Origin: a virus
Lineage: Duplodnaviria; Heunggongvirae; Uroviricota; Caudoviricetes
IMG/VR virus record: IMGVR_UViG_2799113057_000001
DNA length: 64,000 bases
Direction: 5' to 3' (one strand)
The position numbers and the translations under genes were made by a program. Positions 17,591-27,072 of the stretch are shown piece after piece (position 1 is the first letter of the stretch; each line of letters starts with the position of its first letter). Below the pieces are notes generated by a model that worked only from the letters and a program-made list of their open reading frames with translations, did not search any database and had not been told where the DNA came from.

Positions 17591-18241
17591 ATGACCGCTC
17601 CTATCGCTCCTGCCGCTGTTCCTGTGGCAGCCGCTCCGGCAGCCCCCGCTCCAGTGGCAGCCGCTCCGGTGGCTGCAGCTCCAGCACCGGCCGCTGTTCC
17701 TGCAGCTGCCCCCGTCGCTGCGGCGCCCGTGGCAGCTGCAGCCGTGCCGACCGCCGCTCCTGTCGGTCTGCCGGCGGGTTACGCGGGCGTCAGTTCTGTC
17801 GCGCCCAACATCGGCGTTATCCCGAATAGTGGCGGAGGCGGAATTCCGGAAGAGCACTTCAACAAGCCGATCCTTTTCCGGCTTCTGGGCATCGCCCAGC
17901 GCACCAGCAAGTACGAGAAGGAGCAGGTCCTGGCTCCTACCGTCGACTACATCGTGCTTGATCCGGCCACCGGTCAGTTCACGGAGGCCAAGAACATCAC
18001 GATCATGCAGAAGAACATCCGCAACGAACTGGTGACCTGCTTCCAGCGCGGCGAACAGGCGGTTACCGGTGTCGCGATCAAGGTCCCCACCAACAATGAC
18101 AACGACGCGAAGGTTCTGCGAGCGCTGGACGATCAGAACTCGGGATACGCCGCCGTTGGATACAGCGTCGAGCAGGTGATCGGCTTCCTTCGTGAAGCCG
18201 CCATCAGCCAATTCCAGTGGTGGACGACGTCCGCCGCCTAA
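17591..18241 (+). CDS. Ala/Pro-repeat protein with a globular C-terminal domain
   Basis: N-terminal (AAPV)n low-complexity repeat. RBS AAAGAGG upstream of the ATG at 17591. Confidence 0.55.
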   Translation: MTAPIAPAAVPVAAAPAAPAPVAAAPVAAAPAPAAVPAAAPVAAAPVAAAAVPTAAPVGLPAGYAGVSSVAPNIGVIPNSGGGGIPEEHFNKPILFRLLGIAQRTSKYEKEQVLAPTVDYIVLDPATGQFTEAKNITIMQKNIRNELVTCFQRGEQAVTGVAIKVPTNNDNDAKVLRALDDQNSGYAAVGYSVEQVIGFLREAAISQFQWWTTSAA

Positions 18242-18268
18242 TCGGCGAACCGCTGCGTGACGGCACAT

Positions 18269-18302
18269 GAAGACCCGCACTCGCAACTGGGTGCGGGTCT
18301 TC
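18269..18302 (+). terminator. Stem-loop terminator
   Basis: GAAGACCCGCAC-loop-GTGCGGGTCTTC, 12-bp perfect stem, 30 nt after the stop codon. Confidence 0.5.
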
Positions 18303-18392
18303 TGTCGTCACAGGTGTTGCGCTCCACCCACACCACGCATTAGACCTAGCATCTCGCATGAATATCACTGCCAATGAAAGGCACTTTGAATC

Positions 18393-18959
18393 ATGACTGC
18401 CCTCGATAGCACCACCTACCTCCGGCCGATCAATGCCGATACGGGAGCCCCGACGTTGGCGGTGTACTTCACAGCTGCGCTGTTCGACATCCTGCGCGCT
18501 CACGAGTACGACCTCGCCAAACAAACTGATGAGCTCGCAGCTGACGTGCGCGATGAGCTGGACCGTCTTGGAATCGGTATTCGCCCAACGATCACGCATG
18601 GCCGCATCCGCATCATGCAGGAGATTGAGCCCGACGAGAGCGGCGTGAATCAGACACCGATGGTGTTCTCCACGGTGATCGCCTATCTCACCGACGCTGA
18701 ACCGGACGACCCGCGACTGTCCGCGTTGGCCGAGGGATTTTTCGGAGAACGGGTCGATGCCCACGTCGAGTTCGAAATCCCCACGACCGCCAGCGAAGCC
18801 GCGCTGCAGGAGGAAGAGCGCACCAACGCAGAAGCGGCGCGCCGGTACACCGCGAAGGCAGACTCTGAAAGAGCTGCAGCTGCTGAGAAGTATGCCAAGG
18901 CGGGTGCCAATCCTTTCGACTCCGAAGTGATCGGGGACATGAGAAACCTGTTCGACTGA
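18393..18959 (+). CDS. hypothetical acidic protein
   Basis: 188-aa ORF, protein-like. The antisense ORF is Arg-rich and rejected. Confidence 0.55.
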   Translation: MTALDSTTYLRPINADTGAPTLAVYFTAALFDILRAHEYDLAKQTDELAADVRDELDRLGIGIRPTITHGRIRIMQEIEPDESGVNQTPMVFSTVIAYLTDAEPDDPRLSALAEGFFGERVDAHVEFEIPTTASEAALQEEERTNAEAARRYTAKADSERAAAAEKYAKAGANPFDSEVIGDMRNLFD

Positions 18960-18967
18960 GCTACCGG

Positions 18968-19010
18968 AAGGCCGGAGGCGGGTGCAGGAAGCGCCCCCGT
19001 CTCCGGCCTT
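18968..19010 (+). terminator. Stem-loop terminator
   Basis: AAGGCCGGAG-loop-CTCCGGCCTT directly after the stop codon. Confidence 0.45.
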
Positions 19011-19329
19011 GTTCATGTCATAGGTCTGTGTCCCCATTGCCCGGCCTCAAATCGCGCGGGCAGAAAGGTGTTGCCGCTGTGAAGCGCTCTGTCGACCCTG
19101 CTGCGAGAACCCCCGATCGAATCGCTGCGGATGTCTTCTTGACCCGTGCCAAGAAGTTGGAGGGGATGGGTAAACATGCTGAGGCCCACGAGCTTCGAAC
19201 GCGAGCCAGGCAACTTGTCGGGGACGTGACCGTCCGCTCTCGGGAGTCGACGAGAGGGGAGGGGCAACGTGTCCCGCCGCGTTTGCGCGTGTCGCGCGCC
19301 GAGTGTTGTCCACGGAGCGCAACTGGTCT

Positions 19330-19349
19330 ATTCTCCGTTTTAGAGAAAT
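19330..19349. promoter_or_regulatory. Operator-like palindrome copy 4 (ATTCTCCGTTTTAGAGAAAT)
   Basis: Consensus match immediately upstream of the 19358.. membrane-protein operon. Confidence 0.6.
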
Positions 19350-19357
19350 TGGAATAG

Positions 19358-19675
19358 GTGGTAGTCATGTTCAGAACGGCAGCCTTTCGCCGCATGGCGT
19401 TGGCTGGAGCGTTGACAACAGGTGTCGGCGGTACAGCTACAACCCTTGTGCCTGGCATGAATCACTGGCCGACCGCGTCGGTGGCCGTTGTTGTCGCCGT
19501 GATCACTGCTGTCAGCGGCATCGTGAGAAAGCTCCTGCACGTCGCCCTGATCGCCATCATCGTGACCGGGACCTTGCTCGTCGTCGACACCGTGACGGAC
19601 GGGAACATTCAGCGCGATCTCAACCTCACCACGCTGCTGAGTCTGGGGTCCGAACCACGCAGCGAGAAGGGCTGA
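19358..19675 (+). CDS. small membrane protein (2 TM)
   Basis: Two hydrophobic helices. Confidence 0.5.
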   Translation: MVVMFRTAAFRRMALAGALTTGVGGTATTLVPGMNHWPTASVAVVVAVITAVSGIVRKLLHVALIAIIVTGTLLVVDTVTDGNIQRDLNLTTLLSLGSEPRSEKG

Positions 19676-19680
19676 GGAGC

Positions 19681-19791
19681 ATGGACTTCAACACACCATT
19701 GCAGAGCTTGCATGGCTGGCCTGCGGCAGCGGTGCTCATCGCCATCATCGTGGCGATCGCTGCTGTTGTGATTGCCGGGATACGCCGGTGA
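19681..19791 (+). CDS. 36-aa single-TM micro-protein
   Basis: ATG after the RBS GAGGAGC. Hydrophobic core AAAVLIAIIVAIAAVVIAG. Confidence 0.4.
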   Translation: MDFNTPLQSLHGWPAAAVLIAIIVAIAAVVIAGIRR

Positions 19792-20111
19792 CCCGCCGCC
19801 TGGTTCCCCGCATCGTGGCGGCATCGCTGATCTTCGGTGGCGTGGCTGGATCTACGGACACCCTGCTTCCCGGGTTCGAGAGCCCTACTACACCAACGAC
19901 GAAGCCGATTCCGGCCCCGGCGCCAGAGACGAAAACCCCCAATGTCGATGGCGGGTTCAGCACCTACTGGATGCTTCTTCCTGGTGGCAAGGAGAAGGTG
20001 CTGTGTTACGAGCACGCCTATGACGGCGACCCCCGCTACAACCATGTGAACGGCGTTGCTGCCGACTGTGATTGGAACGATAAGCAGCCGGTCGCTGGTG
20101 GTGACAGGTGA
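19788..20111 (+). CDS. small secreted protein
   Basis: Signal-peptide-like N-terminus. GTGA coupling with the upstream gene. Confidence 0.45.
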   Translation: MTRRLVPRIVAASLIFGGVAGSTDTLLPGFESPTTPTTKPIPAPAPETKTPNVDGGFSTYWMLLPGGKEKVLCYEHAYDGDPRYNHVNGVAADCDWNDKQPVAGGDR

Positions 20112-20458
20112 GCGTCCGCGTCCGGTCACGCCTCGTGCCTTTCATGGACGGCGCGGTGGCGGTTTCTCTATTCCGACTGACACCACGAGAGCGCGCGACG
20201 CTCGCGCTTTCGCAGATAGCCAATGACGCCGGAGCTCAGGACTATCGACGGTGGCGCCGCATCGGTGCGGCCAATCAGGTGGGCATCTTTGTACTCGAAA
20301 TAGGCCTTCTGGCCTTTACCTGCGCGGTATTGCCGCTACCTGCGGCAAGTTTTATCGGCGCCCTCTTCTCTACGTTCGAAGTTGTGATGCAACACCGGAC
20401 CCGCGGTGGCCTTCGTCGCGTGGTCAGAGTGTGCGAATCCACCGCGGATACAGCATGA
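20108..20458 (+). CDS. membrane protein
   Basis: GTG start overlapping the upstream stop. Two hydrophobic segments. Confidence 0.45.
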   Translation: MSVRVRSRLVPFMDGAVAVSLFRLTPRERATLALSQIANDAGAQDYRRWRRIGAANQVGIFVLEIGLLAFTCAVLPLPAASFIGALFSTFEVVMQHRTRGGLRRVVRVCESTADTA

Positions 20459-20757
20459 CCGGTGACGTCGACAGCAGGTCGGTCAAGACTCCACAACTAG
20501 TGGGTGATATGGCGTTGTGGCCGCGCGTCCGGCAGGCCATCTATGCGACCGCGCTCAGTCGCGCGGATGTGCAATGGCGGTTTCCTGAGTGTCACAAGAA
20601 GAAGTGCGGCGCCGACCATGGTGACGTTGATTTCGTGGTTCGAATGGTTCTCGATGGCGTCGCAGACTCGGTGCTCAAAGAGCTGCTGTGTCGCGCAGTG
20701 ACCCAGCCGGACGACGGTGAGCCTATCCAGGCCAAAGCGATTGCAGGAGAGTGCTGA
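20455..20757 (+). CDS. hypothetical protein
   Basis: ATGA overlap. Internal Met of ORF 20251..20757. Confidence 0.45.
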   Translation: MTGDVDSRSVKTPQLVGDMALWPRVRQAIYATALSRADVQWRFPECHKKKCGADHGDVDFVVRMVLDGVADSVLKELLCRAVTQPDDGEPIQAKAIAGEC

Positions 20758-21164
20758 TGCGCATTCTGATTACCGGCAGCCGCCGCTGGACAGATCAGGC
20801 CACAATCGAAACCGCCCTCCGTGAAGCTGCGTCCGACCTCCACCCGAGAACGGTGACGGTGGTGCATGGTGCATGTCCCTACGGCGGGGCGGACATTATC
20901 GCAGCCGCGATTGGCGACAGGCTTGGGTTCGTGGTCGAACCTCATCCAGCGGCGTGGCAAGTACACGGTAAAGCCGCTGGCCCCTTGCGAAACCAAGAGA
21001 TGGTCGAAATCGGCGCCGACCTGTGCCTGGCCTTCCCGGACGAGGAATCTACAGGCACCTGGGACTGCGTCAGGCGGGCGGACGCCGCGGGAATACCTGT
21101 GATCGTCGATTCTGGCGCTGGCCCATACGTCTACACCAAACACGAAAGCAGGCAGACCCAATGA
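20757..21164 (+). CDS. DUF2493 / SLOG-family protein
   Basis: ILITGSRRW...VVHGACPYGGADIIAA...GPLRNQEM pattern typical of DUF2493. Confidence 0.55.
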   Translation: MRILITGSRRWTDQATIETALREAASDLHPRTVTVVHGACPYGGADIIAAAIGDRLGFVVEPHPAAWQVHGKAAGPLRNQEMVEIGADLCLAFPDEESTGTWDCVRRADAAGIPVIVDSGAGPYVYTKHESRQTQ

Positions 21165-21727
21165 TTCCGATTCCCATTGTTGTTCCAAGCGGATCCAGCG
21201 GCGAAGGACGAGATCCCGACGCGTCGAACCTGGCCATCGCGTCGCTGGTGTTCAGCGCGGTGACCGGGCTGTTCATGGCTCTGCGCTGGTTAGTGCGGAC
21301 GCGAACAAGCGAGTTCTTATGCGCACTTGAGTACGACGATCCGCGGCGTGTGGGTTGTGATCGCTTCGGTATGTCGAGCTACGACATGATTCATGATTTC
21401 TCAGCTGTGCTCGGCTGGGCCGCCTTCGTCTTCGCATTCGGTATCGGGCTGCTGGCCGGACCATTCCTCGCGAGTCGGCAATGGCTGCGAACCTCCCGCG
21501 GGTTGGCGTTGGCGCTGTATGCCGCCATCGGCGCGCTAGCACTGATAATCCCGACGCCAGGCCCTGAGTACCTCGACCCAATCCGGTACGCGATGCTGGT
21601 CCTGTGGGGGTTGTCGGTGATCGCCTACTCCGTGATGGGTATACGTGCAGCTGCCCGGATCGCCAAGGATCTAAACCAGGAGGCTGAATCCGGGGAAGGG
21701 CATCCCGGAGCGCAGGAGCTGACGTGA
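21161..21727 (+). CDS. polytopic membrane protein
   Basis: ATGA coupling. 4-5 hydrophobic helices. Confidence 0.55.
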   Translation: MIPIPIVVPSGSSGEGRDPDASNLAIASLVFSAVTGLFMALRWLVRTRTSEFLCALEYDDPRRVGCDRFGMSSYDMIHDFSAVLGWAAFVFAFGIGLLAGPFLASRQWLRTSRGLALALYAAIGALALIIPTPGPEYLDPIRYAMLVLWGLSVIAYSVMGIRAAARIAKDLNQEAESGEGHPGAQELT

Positions 21728-21902
21728 GTGCCAAGGACGCCCATTGGCTGGAGGCGCAAATGCTCGCGTCAGCTCGGCGCCTTGCCGCGCGCGATCCACG
21801 CCTGCTGTCGCCGGTTGGCCGCAGCCTCCGCGACGACGCGATCGCGCTGCTTGCGCGGTGTGAGGGGCGTGACGGCCGGCACCTCCGACTGGTCACCGAC
21901 TA
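21724..21902 (+). CDS. small hypothetical protein (GTG start)
   Basis: 59-aa GTG-start ORF (VSAKDAHWLEAQML...), coupled by GTGA overlap. Better composition than the ATG ORF in the other frame. Confidence 0.3.
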
Positions 21903-22020
21903 GCAGAAGACCGGGGCGCTAAGTGGCCCTGTTCTGCGTCGTGCAGGCGAGGATAGGATCAGCGCGAGCGGTTTGGGGCGGGTATTAGGAGCCATTCCCA
22001 ATGCGTAGAGGGGGGAGTGC

Positions 22021-22938
22021 ATGATCAGGACGGTGTTTGGAGGTGCAGCAGCTGCCCTGCTGGCCGCCGCTCTGGTGGGGAGCGTGCCGCTGTGGCGAAC
22101 GCCCGGACAGCTACCTGATACGCCGTTGGACTGGCGGGCGAACCTGGCCGATTTCCAATTCCGGTGGACAGCCGCGCCGGGGATAGACCTTGTGTCCGGG
22201 CCCGCGGTGCCGTTACGCGCGTATGTGGAGTCCTGGCGCGTTGTGCTGATGGAGTCGAACATGGGCGCGGCGTACCCGGGATTTGAGGCGGCGGTTCCGG
22301 AGAACCAAGAACTCACCTATGAAAATTTCATACGGCCCCGCGAGGTTCCGCCGTACATGCTGACCAGCACACGGCCGACATTGGACGAATCCTACGGCGA
22401 TATCTATCGAAGTGATCGACAGCGATACACCTCAAAACGCTTCTACGGCAATGAGTTACTTCATATCCAGTCGTTGAAGAAAGTTCCCGGAGGATGGCAG
22501 GCCTACGTGTGCGATGGGTTGTACAAGATGTTTCGTGATGACGGCGATAGATACAGCCCGGTAACGACCCTGCCCGGCTGGGAAGGACAACCCAGTGAGC
22601 CTCTCAAAGACATTCGGCTCTGGCATGTCGAGATCAGCGACGCCGAAGGGGCAGTGACGGCCCGCGATCAGGAAGGTGATGCTTCGCAGCCGGCACAAAA
22701 CGTGTTCACGCCATGGCGGATCCGCGGTGCCGATCCAGACAGCGGCTGGGAATCTCACCCGGATCTGGCAGGCAGCGATCACTCGGAGAGTTTTTCGGAG
22801 TTTGGCCGCCGCCGCCAGCAGTGCAGCGACTCGATGCCCGATGGTCCCGATGCTCGAAAAGCTAAAGCGCAGTGGACAGTTACCAAGCCGAAGGCTGAGA
22901 AAGCGATTCCTGGCTGGCCCGGGCCACCCAGCATGTAG
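22021..22938 (+). CDS. secreted hypothetical protein
   Basis: Signal peptide (AAALLAAALVGS), 305 aa, Trp-rich. Confidence 0.55.
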   Translation: MIRTVFGGAAAALLAAALVGSVPLWRTPGQLPDTPLDWRANLADFQFRWTAAPGIDLVSGPAVPLRAYVESWRVVLMESNMGAAYPGFEAAVPENQELTYENFIRPREVPPYMLTSTRPTLDESYGDIYRSDRQRYTSKRFYGNELLHIQSLKKVPGGWQAYVCDGLYKMFRDDGDRYSPVTTLPGWEGQPSEPLKDIRLWHVEISDAEGAVTARDQEGDASQPAQNVFTPWRIRGADPDSGWESHPDLAGSDHSESFSEFGRRRQQCSDSMPDGPDARKAKAQWTVTKPKAEKAIPGWPGPPSM

Positions 22939-22943
22939 GTCCG

Positions 22944-23231
22944 CTACTTGCGGTGTGGCTCGACGACTTCGAAGTCGTCGGCAGTCAGCCACGGCATCGC
23001 GATGGCTGCGCCTTCGTCGTCGGAGAACTCGACCAGGTATCCGGTGGGTTTACCGGGCAGCTCGGTAATCACGAGCACCGTTCCGATGCTCCCCGCAGGC
23101 AGAGTCACATCGCGACAATCGGCGTATGCCAGGGCTTCATCACGTTCATCTTTGGCGCGGAGCTCGCGTCGTAGTTTGACGACATCGAGTTCACTGGGAG
23201 GACCTGCGTCAGCACGATCAACAGCTCCCAC
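22944..23231 (-). CDS. hypothetical protein
   Basis: 95-aa ORF. Confidence 0.4.
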   Translation of the reverse strand: MGAVDRADAGPPSELDVVKLRRELRAKDERDEALAYADCRDVTLPAGSIGTVLVITELPGKPTGYLVEFSDDEGAAIAMPWLTADDFEVVEPHRK

Positions 23232-23410
23232 TTGCCCCTTCTTCCTGATCGTTCCAGCGCACCCATTTAGCGATCGTCTTCATGTCGTGATCGGTCATGA
23301 ACGTTATCCGGCCGCGAATGGATTTCGGAGTGATCACCGTGGTTGATCCTTCGCGCCGGCGTCTGCGGCCCTCCGTGTTGGGAATTCGGGCTCGGCGCTG
23401 TAGCGGCATG

Positions 23411-23722
23411 TCACGCGGCTGCCTCCTTTGGTCTGCCCCAGTAGACCAGGGTGAACGCCGTGTCGGTGTTCGGACGAGCCGCGAACCAGTGACCGTGCCA
23501 TTCGCCTTCGTTGTCACACGGATCGCCGTGGCGACCGCACCATTTGATGCGCGGTTGGTAGTACAGGTGGACTTGCTCGACGATGGTCTCCTCACCGTCG
23601 CGCCGCGCGCTCCCTCCGCACTCTGTCAGGTCCGCCAGTAGTTCATTCACTTCCAGACCGTGACCGCGATGGATACGGCACCAGCCGAGATCGGCGCTCA
23701 CGAAATCTGCGGGATACTTCAC
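23411..23722 (-). CDS. hypothetical Cys/His/Trp-rich protein
   Basis: 103-aa ORF. Confidence 0.4.
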   Translation of the reverse strand: MKYPADFVSADLGWCRIHRGHGLEVNELLADLTECGGSARRDGEETIVEQVHLYYQPRIKWCGRHGDPCDNEGEWHGHWFAARPNTDTAFTLVYWGRPKEAAA

Positions 23723-24249
23723 GACGCCTCCGAATTCTGAGGGGTTGAGTGGACGATGTCGTTGTCGCGGAAGATGATCCGTGCCGCTAGCGCGGCTTCG
23801 GGTGCCATCACCAGCTCCAAGAGGGTGAAGTAGGTATCGACGAACACTGGCCCGTGAATGCAGTGACTTACATCTTTCCGGGACGGGTCGAGATGATGCG
23901 CCAGCTCATGAAGCAGCACGAGCTCACGCAGCGCCCAATGATGTTCATCGGGTATCGCGATCACGGCTCTTCGTGGCTCGTAGTGCGCGAAATGCAGACC
24001 TTTCCGGCGGCGCACCCGAACCGCTCTGGCGGCTCCGAACCGTTCTTGGACCTGCGGCAGGGCCAGGACTCGGTTGGCGTGCGTCTCGGCGCTCTGTAGG
24101 TCGCCGAACAACGCTTCGGGCGGCAATGTGAGGGTGACGCCCCCGAGCGTGACAACGGGGTTCTGCCCTGTGCGGGCATTGTCGAACAGTCGGCGCACGA
24201 TGATTTCGGCGTCGTACACGGCCTGGCGTTGAAAGTCGCGTGTCGACAT
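23719..24249 (-). CDS. HExxH-motif putative metallopeptidase
   Basis: LVLLHELAHHL zinc-binding motif. Confidence 0.5.
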   Translation of the reverse strand: MSTRDFQRQAVYDAEIIVRRLFDNARTGQNPVVTLGGVTLTLPPEALFGDLQSAETHANRVLALPQVQERFGAARAVRVRRRKGLHFAHYEPRRAVIAIPDEHHWALRELVLLHELAHHLDPSRKDVSHCIHGPVFVDTYFTLLELVMAPEAALAARIIFRDNDIVHSTPQNSEAS

Positions 24250-24250
24250 G

Positions 24251-25081
24251 TCAGGCGCTCAACGCGGCCTTGGCGTGGGCGATCTCGGTATCAGCACCCA
24301 GCTTCGCGCGCTGTCCAGCACGGTCGCCGGCGTCGCGACTGGCGAAGCTCACGGTGTTGGGGCGGTATCCACGGTGTGTCCGTCCACCGGTGTTCGAGTA
24401 CTTCTTGTAGTAGTCCGCCACTGCCTTGCGCTTGTCGGCCAGAACCAGCTCTGTGGATGCACCTTGTCCAGGGTCGATGGGATCGGTCGCGCGAGATTCG
24501 GCCTCGGCGTCGCGTCGGGCTTCCCAGAGCCGCCTGCCGATGCGCCGCGCAAAACCCGCCTGGAATTCCAGTCGCGCGGTGATGGTGGCCATGGGCTTGT
24601 AGCGCGTTTCCCAGACCTGGGCGCCGGTGCCACGGTCGCGAACCAGGACCGAATACGGCACTTCCTCGCGCTGGTAGTCCCCGCGCGCCAGGAACGCGCG
24701 GCTGGCCGCGGCCATCTGTGGGAGCAGGCGAACGTACAGGGCCTGCACCACGTCGATGTCATCGCGGTATCCGTGGGCGTAGACCCGGGTGTTGTTGTGT
24801 GCCACGGCTACGCGCACATCGTTGGCCGCGGCGATTTCCAAGAACAGCTCGATGAGTGTGGTCAAGCCTCGCTGGCGGCGCTCTCCTATGACAATCTCAC
24901 GCTGCTCCGGCGTCGTCGATTCCTTGGACCGAGTGTGTGCCCGTGCTTTGGCCAGGTCGATCGATTCGAGCGTGGCGATGCGCTGTGCGGCCTTGAGGAA
25001 CGCGTCGGCCTCGTGTTCGTTGTCGGTGTTGTCCGCTTTGTTCAGCAGCGCGGCGATACGCGCAATGGTCTTGTCACTCAC
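24251..25081 (-). CDS. DUF2786 domain protein
   Basis: N-terminal IAALLNKADNTDNEHEADAFLKAAQRI is the DUF2786 signature. Confidence 0.55.
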   Translation of the reverse strand: MSDKTIARIAALLNKADNTDNEHEADAFLKAAQRIATLESIDLAKARAHTRSKESTTPEQREIVIGERRQRGLTTLIELFLEIAAANDVRVAVAHNNTRVYAHGYRDDIDVVQALYVRLLPQMAAASRAFLARGDYQREEVPYSVLVRDRGTGAQVWETRYKPMATITARLEFQAGFARRIGRRLWEARRDAEAESRATDPIDPGQGASTELVLADKRKAVADYYKKYSNTGGRTHRGYRPNTVSFASRDAGDRAGQRAKLGADTEIAHAKAALSA

Positions 25082-25103
25082 GGTGGTTCATAGTCCTTTC
25101 AGT

Positions 25104-25445
25104 TCACTGCGCCGGTGTCTGTGCTTCCGGATGACCTTCTGGCCAGCCGTAGAGGACCTCTCCACCGTGCTCAGCGGCATACTGGTCCATTCGTTCGCGT
25201 GAGATTTCTGGGCCGCCGGCGATGACCTGGTCGTCTTTCCAGACATGCCAGCTGGTGGCGAAGTCGTTGCGTCGCACGACAATCGACGGTGCCCGTTTGA
25301 CGATTTCTCCGTTCTCGCCACGGATGCGATAGGCCACGTTGCCTAAAAGATTCTCGTCGGGACCACTCTCGATCACGCCGATCCAGAGTGGTTGTCCGTA
25401 GACGACGACCTCAGTACCAGCGGGTAGAACTTCTTTGTCCTTCAA
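25104..25445 (-). CDS. hypothetical protein
   Basis: 113-aa ORF. Confidence 0.45.
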   Translation of the reverse strand: MKDKEVLPAGTEVVVYGQPLWIGVIESGPDENLLGNVAYRIRGENGEIVKRAPSIVVRRNDFATSWHVWKDDQVIAGGPEISRERMDQYAAEHGGEVLYGWPEGHPEAQTPAQ

Positions 25446-25541
25446 GACTGCTCGAGTCCTTTCGGTGTGATTGGCGATAACGAGGGGTCGACGTTGGAGG
25501 GAGTGTCAACAGGTATCGGTTGGTTGCGAGATTCCGGCCTC

Positions 25542-26177
25542 TCACGTCAGGCGTCCGGCGCGTCGCAGAACGTCGCCAGCTGCCTCGACCCTGTCCCACA
25601 TCTCCTGGTCGTTATCGTGTCGGTCAGGATGCATTTCGCGCCGTGAGGCTCGGTACACCTTGTCCAGCGGTGCGTCGTAATTTCCCGTGAGATCGCGCAG
25701 GAACTTCTCGGCGTCATCCGCGTTGGGGGTCGCCACACTCGACTGTCCCGCCGACGGAAGCTGCTTCCACCCGGTGTACTGCTCGCTTCCGGGAGTGATT
25801 CCGTAGCGGTCGAGACGCCGGAGCCCATTGAGCCCCAGGGTGATCGCGCGCAGGTTGTCTTGCCATGTCGTGAACTTCGCTGCGGGATACGACAGAGGGC
25901 CGAAGCGCGACTCGATACGCAGAATCACGCCCGGGTGCTGCACCCGCGCATCAGCGCGAGGCAAGCCGTCGGTACGAAAATCCCTCTCTCTGAGAGCCAG
26001 CTCAAGTACAGATGCGGCATTCGAGTTGCCCGAACCGAGGAACGACAACTCGCGATCGAGCTCCCCAAGAGTTGTCTTCAGCGGCGCAGAGAAGGGAGAG
26101 CGAACGTGTATGTTTGGGAACTCACCGGGCCAATAGTCTAAGGGGCGCAGCGTCATTCCATCGGGGTAGTAGCTCAT
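25542..26177 (-). CDS. J-domain (DnaJ-like) protein
   Basis: C-terminal YRASRREMHPDRHDNDQEMWDRVEAAGDVL contains the HPD motif. ATGA coupling. Confidence 0.6.
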   Translation of the reverse strand: MSYYPDGMTLRPLDYWPGEFPNIHVRSPFSAPLKTTLGELDRELSFLGSGNSNAASVLELALRERDFRTDGLPRADARVQHPGVILRIESRFGPLSYPAAKFTTWQDNLRAITLGLNGLRRLDRYGITPGSEQYTGWKQLPSAGQSSVATPNADDAEKFLRDLTGNYDAPLDKVYRASRREMHPDRHDNDQEMWDRVEAAGDVLRRAGRLT

Positions 26178-27016
26178 GCTATGGCAGCCTCTCGCATGTT
26201 GGTGGCGCATTTATTGGCGGCCTCGGCTCGGCGCTTGATCTCAGCTTCGATGAGTGGCATGAGGTCGCGTGCGACCGAGACGCTGAGTGTTAAGGAGCTC
26301 GAATACTGACGGGTCGAGTACAGGGCGGCAAGTATCTCCGCATCAAGGGTGCTGATGGCGCTGTTGTTTTCGCGGATCTGAGCAGCAACGAACAGCAGCA
26401 ACTGTTGGTCGATCTTGAGTTTCACCGCCTTCCGCGGGTCCCGTTGTGCGGGTGTGTCGACCGTGCGAATGAAGGCACCTGGTGTGGGTCGAAAATCGGC
26501 GAGCGCCCACAATCCTTCGTCGTCAGGTGTAGCCGCGTACTCGGCGCTTTCGCCGGTACCGGTGCAACGCCTGCGAGTGTCTCCGTAGCGCAGCGCCTTG
26601 TCGGTGCCGCAGATGTGCTTCGCGGTATTCGAATGGCGAGTGATCATCACCATGTGGATGACGGTCTCGGTGTCCAACGCCCACAACGCCCCATGATCCG
26701 GCGCTTCGCTCCAGTAGCTCAGTCCAAGTGCGGCGCAGGCAGCGATGTTCTCGCAGATGCGGGTAGGCACGGCTTTCATCGTGGGTGTGGTCCTGGGGCG
26801 AATCCAGAGACCGAATCCCCTGCGGGACTTTCCACGACCTTTGCGCCAGGTCAGATCTGAGCTCTGCGAGATGACCGCCGAGTATGGTTCTTGGGGGTCA
26901 CGCTCGATCGACGGGTAGAACCGGGTCGGGCTTCCCGCGAACCTTGCGGAGACGCTGTCAGCGACAGCCTGAGCCGCCGGTGTCAACGGCCCGAGTCGAG
27001 GGGTGAATGCTGGCAT
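26174..27016 (-). CDS. hypothetical protein
   Basis: 280-aa ORF. First gene downstream of operator copy 5. Confidence 0.5.
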   Translation of the reverse strand: MPAFTPRLGPLTPAAQAVADSVSARFAGSPTRFYPSIERDPQEPYSAVISQSSDLTWRKGRGKSRRGFGLWIRPRTTPTMKAVPTRICENIAACAALGLSYWSEAPDHGALWALDTETVIHMVMITRHSNTAKHICGTDKALRYGDTRRRCTGTGESAEYAATPDDEGLWALADFRPTPGAFIRTVDTPAQRDPRKAVKLKIDQQLLLFVAAQIRENNSAISTLDAEILAALYSTRQYSSSLTLSVSVARDLMPLIEAEIKRRAEAANKCATNMREAAIA

Positions 27017-27030
27017 AACGAGGCCCTTCC

Positions 27031-27053
27031 ATATTCTCTAAAATAGAGAATAT
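27031..27053. promoter_or_regulatory. Operator-like palindrome copy 5 (ATATTCTCTAAAATAGAGAATAT, perfect)
   Basis: 23-bp perfect palindrome between the whiA-like 1 stop and the 27016 start. Confidence 0.65.
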
Positions 27054-27072
27054 CACTAGTGATGGTTCCGGT

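Noticed and set aside
17549-18286. 245-aa minus-strand ORF
   Set aside because: Antisense shadow of the AAPV-repeat gene. Arg/Gly-rich.
18204-19037. 277-aa minus-strand ORF
   Set aside because: Antisense to the better 18393..18959 plus-strand ORF. Arg-rich.
19028-19357. 109-aa plus-strand ORF (and minus-strand ORFs 19013..19458)
   Set aside because: It reads straight through operator copy 4 and has weak composition. Possibly a short real ORF ending earlier, but not supportable.
23218-23409. Possible 63-aa very basic ORF coupled to 23411..23722
   Set aside because: Extremely Arg-rich (RRRRRE...). Could be a real basic protein, but it cannot be told apart from shadow-frame noise.
24248-25093. 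281-aa plus-strand ORF and other ORFs overlapping 24251..25081
   Set aside because: Antisense to the DUF2786 gene, which has a clear family signature.
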